Source: an uncultured Spirochaetota bacterium
GTDB lineage: Bacteria > Spirochaetota > Brevinematia > Brevinematales > JAOACQ01
Assembly (NCBI GenBank): GCA_963783575.1
Contig: CAWAOD010000015.1
Location: 1 to 64,000 of the forward strand
DNA: 64,000 nt
Reading direction: 5' to 3'
The notes beneath the pieces are model-generated. The model was given only the letters and a program-made list of their open reading frames with translations. It had not been told where the DNA came from and did not search any database. The first letter of the stretch is position 1. Each line of letters starts with the position of its first letter. Made by a program: the position numbers and the translations under genes. Below are positions 36,855 through 45,800 of this stretch, piece by piece.

Positions 36855-39800
36855 TTATTTAGAAAAATAATAAGTTAAGTCCGGTATTACCGAAGTTCTA
36901 AATCCGTAGTTTAATGTACCGTTAGGAGTTAAATTATTTAGTATATTGTCTCTCCCTTGCTGAGCTATTGCCGGTGCATAATAATCTTCTTCTTGGTAAG
37001 TAACATAAACACCTTTTCCTGGAGCTAATAAAGCCATATGATTATCATTTGCTACATAGACCAGTTGTCCATGATTTGCCATTTCCTGAACATCATATCC
37101 TTGGTTTGCATCCATAGTTCCATATGAATTATCTGTAAAATACTTTGTCGCATACGGTACACCCCAATGACCTACGGTTTCCAAATCTGAATTTCCGGTA
37201 TATAGCTTGGTTACATAAGATGCGTAACGATCGCAATAAGTCTGGGTTTTTGTTTCAATTGATGGAAAGATTCCAACCCAGACTAATTTTGAAGTAGTGG
37301 TAGGATTGAAAGCCGGGTTATCATACGCAATTCTTTCTGTGAAGTAAAGTCTTTCCGCATCAGTCATGTTATGATCGTCAGCAAAATCTTTAATACTATC
37401 ATAAGTCAAGCTATTAAAAGGTATTTTGCCATTTTTGTATTGATTCTTAAACTCTTGAAATGCATCATTTACTTTATTAAGACTTTCCTGACCATGCCAA
37501 GAAGTATCCCTATAATTTGTTGGATTATCTGTATAATTCGGGTTTATCGGAGCATTATAATCATTTGCGTAATTTACTGAACCTGTAATTGGATTTATAT
37601 TAGCTCCATAATCATTCGCATAATTGCCGGTATGCAAAGATGTTGCTTCTATACTTGGAGTATTCCCCGCTACTGAACTGGGGGGAGAAATGGGGGTTTG
37701 ATTATTAAATTCCGCTGCTACTTCCGGTGTTGCCGGTACAGGATTGGATAAATTATATTCCATAGCATCCATAAGGTTCTTATAATACTCCAACTCTCGT
37801 TCCAGATTAACATCATCTCCTAGTTTGTTCATAATAATTTTAGCCGGGTCAAAATAAAAATTGCTGTTCAATGAACCGACCCGCTGTCCGTCAAGATACC
37901 CAGAGGTTGCACTGGCCTGCAATCCCGCGTAATCGGTAAATCCATACCCTATATTAGCGTTTTCGGTTCTGCCGCGGTAGTTTCCATTTTTGTCGTAATA
38001 CCAGTCCATGCCGGCACCGATATCAAACCCCTGGTTATACCCGGTCTGCTGGTTATAGCCGTAGCTTAATCCAAAACCGTAATTCATTCCCTCGTATTCT
38101 CCATACTCTCCATAATTCCACTGAGCGTGCAATCCGATATTGGCTCCGTTTGACGTTATCCCTGCGTTTGTCCCGATATATTCACTCTGAGATTTCCACA
38201 TTCTGTCATATTCATCGCCGTTCAGGCTGCGTTCCATTGTTCCGCCGAAACTTAAACCTGCTCCTACCTGTAGATATTTAGGGTCTCCTATTCCTATCCC
38301 GGCATTGACATTCCAGTTGAAAGTTTCCGTACGGTATGTATAAGAATGCTTAAAATCAACTCCGCCGCCGAAATAAACAGGAGCTCCGATAGGAGCAAGG
38401 TTCACTTCTAAAGACGAGCCTTCTTCTATATAATATCCTTCATTCTTAGACTTCCCGTATCCATATTTTACAAACCCTAAGTCTATACCGATGAATTCTT
38501 CATAATTAGGATTAACCTGTTCATTTACATAGTTATAACAATCTAGAGAAACTCCTTGATAGCTTGAATCCTTTGCTTCGAACATCGCTCCCACAGCATT
38601 TGACATCACATCATCGCCGAGAGCTGTGGATGATACCTGTCCCATTGATGCGCCCATGAAAAGGCTGCTTATTATATCTTCGCCGTAAGGGTCCCAGAAA
38701 GTCATTGGATTGTTAAGCCCATAAACATACCAGTTCAACCCCGCCGGCCCATATCGTTTATCCGGGTCTTGAATGGGGTCCTGGGTGATAAACCGGCCTG
38801 TGGAAGGGTCAAGGAATCTTGCCCTTGCATAATACAATTTGGATTCACTGTCAAAATAATGCCCGGTGTAACTTATCCCTTCTTTCACTGAGGAGGAGGA
38901 GGAGTTCGTCTCCCCCTCTCCAGACTTGGATAGGGGGCCGGGGTTTGAGGCTATTTGTTCCCCGAAAGCTGTATAGTCGTATGTCTGATAAGAAAATGAA
39001 TGCGTGTTAATAGTGATAGGCGAGTCATAGAGTTCGCCTCTGACTGATCCCTGGGCATCTTTCAGGTAGACAGACGTCTTAACCGAAATCTCCGCCTCAT
39101 AGCTGTTGATCATTATGTTATTCAAATAGAATGTCGAATCATCAAAGAGAATATTCTGCCCGTCATATACAAACCTTATTGCGGGTTGATCAATGCTTCC
39201 TGCCGCGTCCGATGTTTCGTTCTTGGATATCCGCAGGTTATTGACATCGTAAACATTCTTTGTTATTGTAGTATTCCCGTTTTCTAAAAGGTTATACTCC
39301 GTCATCAAATCCCTGGAGTCATACTTGAACCTCTCCGTCTTCCCGGAGCCGTCCTTCTTAACCAGCCTCCCCGCCCGGTCGTATGTATACGAAACACTCC
39401 CCTTAGTGGATTGTTCGAGCATAAGCCTGTTATCGTTGTCATAGGTATAATGGGTAATGTTATTGCAAGCCGAAGGCGTAGCAATCTGATTGGTCGGTGT
39501 GGAATAAAAGCTGGTTGTCTTAACCAATCTGTTCCCGCATGCATCGTAAGAAAAAACCTCGCTGTTGCTCAGACCGTAATTCGCAGAAACCAGCCTGTAT
39601 GTCTTATCATATTGGAATGTGGAGACACACAATTGTGCGCCTGCCTCACTTACCGTCTCCTTAGTCCTATTGCCTACCTTATCGTAGGTGTAGCCATAGC
39701 TCGATAAAAACTGAACCTGTGCTGAGCTGGTATACTGAGCCTGTCGAAGTGCTGACGAAGCATTTGTGGTATTTGATATTGAAGTAAGCCTATATATATT

Positions 39801-42800
39801 ATCATATCCATAATTGACTGTCAAGCCTGTTGAATACTGTTTGTTTGTTATCCTCCCCATAGAACTGTAGGAATAGCTAATTTGAAGGTTGGTTGTGTTT
39901 GTGGATACGGCTGTTTCAAGACTTATCTGGTTCAATCCATCATACTTATAAACTACCGTTTTCCCTCCGGTCCCCGAGTGATTTTCCGCGCCAGCGGAAA
40001 ATTGTATCGAGGGGATCGTCACCATCCTGGTTCTATTCCCGTTCCCGTCATATTCATACGCCAGCGTCTCCCCGTTCTTCTCGTCATACCTGTTTGTCAG
40101 ATTCCCCGCGCTGTCATATTTATACCTGTACGCGCTGAAATTGTCGCCGGCCCATGTCAGTCTCCCCAGCCCGTCATACTGAAAGTGCTTTACATTATTA
40201 TCCGAATATGTCTTTGAAACCGGCTGGTTATTTCTGTTATAACTAGTGCTGATCGATCCCTCGCCGTTCTTTTCCAGAATAATGTTTCCGTTATTGTCAT
40301 ACTGGTATTCCGTGGTAAACCCTAAAGCCGTGGTCTCCTTAACCTTGTTTCCGCGTATATCATATTCCAGCGTTGTCCTGTTCCCCTTCGCATCAATCGC
40401 CGCAGTCATGTTCCCGAAGGTGTCATAATTATACGATGTCGTATTGTTAAGGGCGTCTTTCACCGCGATTGTCTGCTTCCCGTACCGATAGGTCGTTGTT
40501 TGGTTCGATTCCGCATCGGTAAAAACTTCAACCTCGCACTTTAAACCGCTCCCCGAGTGATTTTGCGTCAGCAAAATTGTATCGAGGGGAGCAATGCTGT
40601 ATTGGAACGATGCCCTGTTAGTCATCGCGTCCGTCGACCTTACCATTCTTCCTGCCCAGTCGAATTCCCTTGCAAGTTGATTGTTCTCCTTATCAACGGT
40701 CGTAACCGCGTTGCCGAATGAGTCGTAGATATTAGAATTGGTCCCACCGTAGGGATCAATAGATGCGGTTAGCCTGCCCAGTGAATCATATCTGAAATAG
40801 TTTGTAAAACCGTTTTTATCGGTTGCGGTCAGAACCTTCCCCATTAAATTATAAATATAATTTTCTGTATTATGATTTGCATCGGTAATTTGTATTTTAT
40901 TCCCGAATCCGTCATAGGTAATTGAGGAAGATATTGCCGCCTGATAATTCATATCGTTTTGAGAGGTTGTCACTATGTATGATCCATCCGCCGCATAAGT
41001 ATATGAGATATTAACTAAATTACCCTCCCTGTCGATCTGGCGGACGGGCCTGTTCAGATCATCGTAATAAGTATAAGCCGTATTTCCGTTATAATCTATT
41101 TCTGATGTTTTATTCCCGTAAACATCGTATCCGAAATATTTTTCGATATTATTCACATTTCTGTTGAAAAGAATCTGCCTGATAATATTACCACTGTTAT
41201 CGTATATATTGGTAGAATTAATATACTTTGTTGATCCGTCATTTCTTGATTCAAAAGTGATCCTTCCCGCAAAATCATAAGTATTGCTTATATTCAGTGC
41301 CCCGAAAGGCGTTTCCTCCGTCCTTCCGGTTTCTCTTCCGTAATAATCGTATAAATAAGATGTTGTATACCCGAATCTGTCAGTTTCCGAAATTTTCCTG
41401 CCCCAGGTATCATAAGCCGAAGACTCTCTCGAACTGTCCGGATAAATCGTATTTGTAATATTTCCCCAACAATCATACATATTGGATGTAGCGTACTGAA
41501 CCGCTGCCAATTGCCCATTGCTGAGCGTGCTCCCGCTCTCGCTTTTCCCGGTAAGGTTCCCCATCGCGTCATAAACATAGTTGTTAGTCAATGCCAACCC
41601 CGCCCCGCCATTGAGAGCCGAAGGCGCGGCAATCTCATTCGTTTTTTCTCCCAGCATGTCATACCGGTAAACAACCGTTCCCCCAAGTTCATTAGTCGCC
41701 GACACCACCCTTCCCATTTGATCGTAAACCCAATTCCTGCCGCTGACGGTGCCATTATAAATTATGCACTCGGCTGTTTTATTCCCATAGATATCAAAAT
41801 ATGTCAGGTTGGATGTATGCGATAAATTATTGATTTTATTGGTAACATTCCCCCTGAAATCATACTCGTATTTTTCGTCCCGTAAAGAATTGCCGGTAAT
41901 GATCCTCATGAGGTTCCCGTTATTATAGTATTGATATCCTGTAATCCTACCACCCTCGTTCTTCTGCAAAACCCTGCCTGCGTTATCGTAGGAAAATGTT
42001 GTCGTAAGCCCCGAAGGATCTATCTTTTGCTGCAGCATTCCGCCGCTATTGTATGAATTTGTTGTCTCACCGGAAATATCCGGGTCCGGGGTAAAATACC
42101 TCTTTTCATCGGTGATTTTTCCCGATTTGTTATAAGAATTATTGATGACCTTTACAGGATTTCCAGCGTTGAGGTTTTTCCATACCTCAACAGTATTCCC
42201 CCGAAAGTCCCTGACTTCCTGCGTCCACTCGGCCTGTCCGGCCCCATTCCCATTCACAGTTTTCCATGTCGTAATTTGTGTAAAATTTTCACTACTATAG
42301 GTTATTATTGAATAATTATAATTTACTGCCCTGCTGCTTCCAATCCCAGCCGACTCCGAAGCGTTCGTTACCCTTCCCAGCGCGTCATATTTAAATGAAT
42401 TCGTTATTCCCTTGAAATTCCAGGTAACCGCGGGCTTCCCGTTATAATAAGCCCCGCTGTCATCCGTATACTTATAAAACGTTTCCCTGCACTTTGTTGT
42501 GTTTGTAATGAAATATTTATTGGTCAGAAGCCCGCCCTGCGAATATAAATTTGTTTCAACCATGCCATTCGGATATATAACCGAGGACAGGTAACCCTCC
42601 GCAGTGTAAGAATAATTATAAACCGTTAACCCGTTCGTCACCAAAGGAGCCTGCGCTGAGCCTGCCGAAGTGACGAAGGGCCCCGCTGCTTTCCAGATCA
42701 TCCTTCCAAGATTATCATACCCGAATATGGTAGCCCCATTGTCCGGGTTGTTTACCAGGTTTGTTTCCCCAAAAGCATCAACATTGAATGTCGTAATAAA

Positions 42801-45800
42801 GTCATGCCCGCTGTCATTCCCGCTCCTGTGTATTTCCTGCAAAACACCATTATTATAGTAAAAAGCAGTCAGGTTCCCGCCGGGCGCATTTATATTTGTG
42901 ACCTGTCCAAGAGCGTTATAACCGTACGCGGTAACTCCGCTTAAAGGATTTGTCTCCCTGGCAACCCGGTTTTTTAAACTGTATTCATAACTGTATGTTT
43001 CATTCTCAGGTAAAACCTTGCGAGCGATATTACCAAACGCGTCATAATTATATGCCGTCGTACCGTTGTCGGGATTAATTTCCTGTATGATTTTTCCCGA
43101 GCCGTCATAAACATAATTATATTTATTCCCGTCAAAATCTGTCATATTTGTCATCAAACCGTTTTTATCGTAAGCAGTAGTTTTTACCTGCATAAGCGGA
43201 TTCGTTTCCGAAGTTACTTTCCCTTCAGCCGAATACGCGTATAAATTTGTGCCGCCGTCCGGCTGTATTTCCTCTTCCGGAAGACCGGCCGTATTGAATA
43301 TTGTCCCGGATATTATACCTCTGCTATGATAATAATTATATCCTGTATTATTTAATATTGTCGGGTCTGTAATTACGGTCTTAATGACCCTGTCCATCTG
43401 GTCGTAATAATACATTTCAACTCTTGATCCCCATGATTTTGTCTTCACCGGAACATTATTATAAGTCAAAGTATAGCCGTAGCTTATCGATGTATTGTCC
43501 GGCTGCTCCTCGTTTGTGATTCTTCCGCATTCATCATATTGATATGTCCAGCTTCTGGATATACCGGTATTTGTATCGATTATTGTTTTTGTTTCAAGCC
43601 CGCCCATTGCGTTGTATGTCAACACTGTTTTCAACCCATTAGGGTCTATCTCTAAAATCTGCCTGCCTTCCGCGTCAAAAGCCTTTAAAGTAATAAAGCT
43701 TCCATTACCGCCCGGTGCTATTAAACCCGGGTTGCCAAGTGCGTCATAATATACAAGGTTTGTTGTTTGATTTGCCCCGTCATCGTTAATCTCAGAAATT
43801 GGTTTATTCAAAAGGTTGTATTCGACATTTTTTGTCCTGGACCCCTGCCTGACAACCATAGGGTTGCCGAAAATATCGTATTCATAACTGGCGCTTCTCC
43901 CCGCCGGATCAGTTTCGCCGGAAACAAAACCCATTGAATTGTATGTTTTTATCCAGTTGTTAGTTTCAAAATCCTTCATATTTGTGATGTGTCCCGCAAG
44001 GTCATAGCTGTATGTTTTATAAGCAGGACTTCCGCCGGGTATTCTGTACCTCGCGCTTTCCCTGTAAAGCCTGTTTCCATATTTATATTCCCAATCCTGT
44101 TTGGTCCCATCCGGGTAAATTTCATTTATCTTATTTCCAAGGTTATCGTAATTATAGCTATGGCTATAAATAACCATGCCGTTCGAAGCCGGGTTGAATA
44201 CCGAATATATAAGGTTTGTCACATTATTTCTGAAATCGCTGTAATTGGTCGAACGATTGGTATACCGGTCTATTTTTTCCATACCGTGATTTGTGAAATA
44301 AGTGTTTGAAGAAAATAATGTCGATGCTGTAATATTTCCGCTTCCATACCCGACCGACAATGAAGTGTTCCGGCCGAGTCCGTCATATGTATAGACTTTT
44401 ACATACGATTCATTGCTTAGAATTGCCGTTTCACTTGTCATCCTGCCCATAAGATCATATACATAACTTACGGATTTACCGCTGTTCGTGTCGGTTTGAT
44501 TTGTTAACAGTCCGATACCGTTGTAAGCATAGCTTATATCCGCAACATTGCTGGAAATGATAACAGCCGGACTGTTAAACCCCCTGCCTGTCATCTTCTG
44601 GTTTGTCAGGTTGCCTGCCACATCATAAGAATAACTGTAAGCATAACTGTGATTTTCCTGATCCAGGTCTTTTTCTGTCTGCCTATCATTAACGTCATAC
44701 TTATAAACTATCTTCTTTTTCCCGTCCTTGTCATAGCTTTCCTGTGTTTTATTCCCGTTAGTATCATACCAGTAATTGACTTCATTATTGTTCGGGAAAC
44801 TCACTTTTGAAAGCCTTCCGCAATAATCGTAATAAAACCTTGTCGTATTGCCGTTAGGATCAGTTACAGCGGTCTTTTCCCCCCAGGCGTCGTACGCCGC
44901 TCTGTTTGTCGAGCATCCCTGGATGCCCTGGCTTATTACATTACCCCTAGCGTCGTATTGATAAAAATTTGTAACCAGATCCGCTCGGTTCTCTGTCAGG
45001 ACTTTTCCGTAAATATCGTTTTGGTATAAATAAACCCCGTTATCCGGATTGATGATCTTAGCTAAGTTATGATCTTTATCACAAACATAAGTGGTTTGAC
45101 AACCGTACATATCGGTACTTGTTTTTGTATAACCTCCGCCTTCTTGGTAGTTAAATATAATAGTCGCCAGGTTATAAAGGAGCTTACCGCCCGATCTGTA
45201 GAAACCCTGGCTTGTCAATTCCCCGTTTGTATCGTAGCTCATATGGAATTCGGTTTTATCGGGCTGGACGATTTTTGTCGGCCTGCCGAGATATTTGGCT
45301 GTTGTATCGGAGTATTCATATTTCCATCGCAAACCGGGCACAGTTTTATTTGTTACGTTTCCGAACTCGTCATAAATATAACTGTATGCGTTTGTAAGTT
45401 CATTCGTAAAATATGTCATGTTCCCTTTTTCATCATAAGAAATACTTACTTCGGATAAATTTGGATATCGAATATATGTAACCCTCCTGTCATCATAATT
45501 TGTGAGGGTATTATCATATCTAAATTTAAAGCCATTACCGTTCAGATTTGTGAAAAATGTATTGCCGGGGGTATAGTCGAATGTTCCTACCCAATAAGGC
45601 GTATGAACCGACACAGCCCTATACCGGCTCTCAATGTTAGTGACATTGAATTCATTCGTGTTTGTATTTGTATAATCAAAGTAAGTATAAGATGAATTTC
45701 TGTATACATTACCATCGAATTCGCTGCTGGAATTTAAAAGAGCAATCCAGCTGAACATCCTCCCCGCGTTGTAATCCATTATTTGTAAGTCTATTTCCTT

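Larger units (their letters stand above)
25280..37684 (-). mobile_element. Integrative satellite-like element, unit 1 (boundaries inferred from junction cores)
   Basis: Toxin tip, immunity, hairpins/cargo, XRE, small gene, parA, primase, two recombinases, TA and leader, bounded by GAACTGGGGG cores. Confidence 0.6.
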
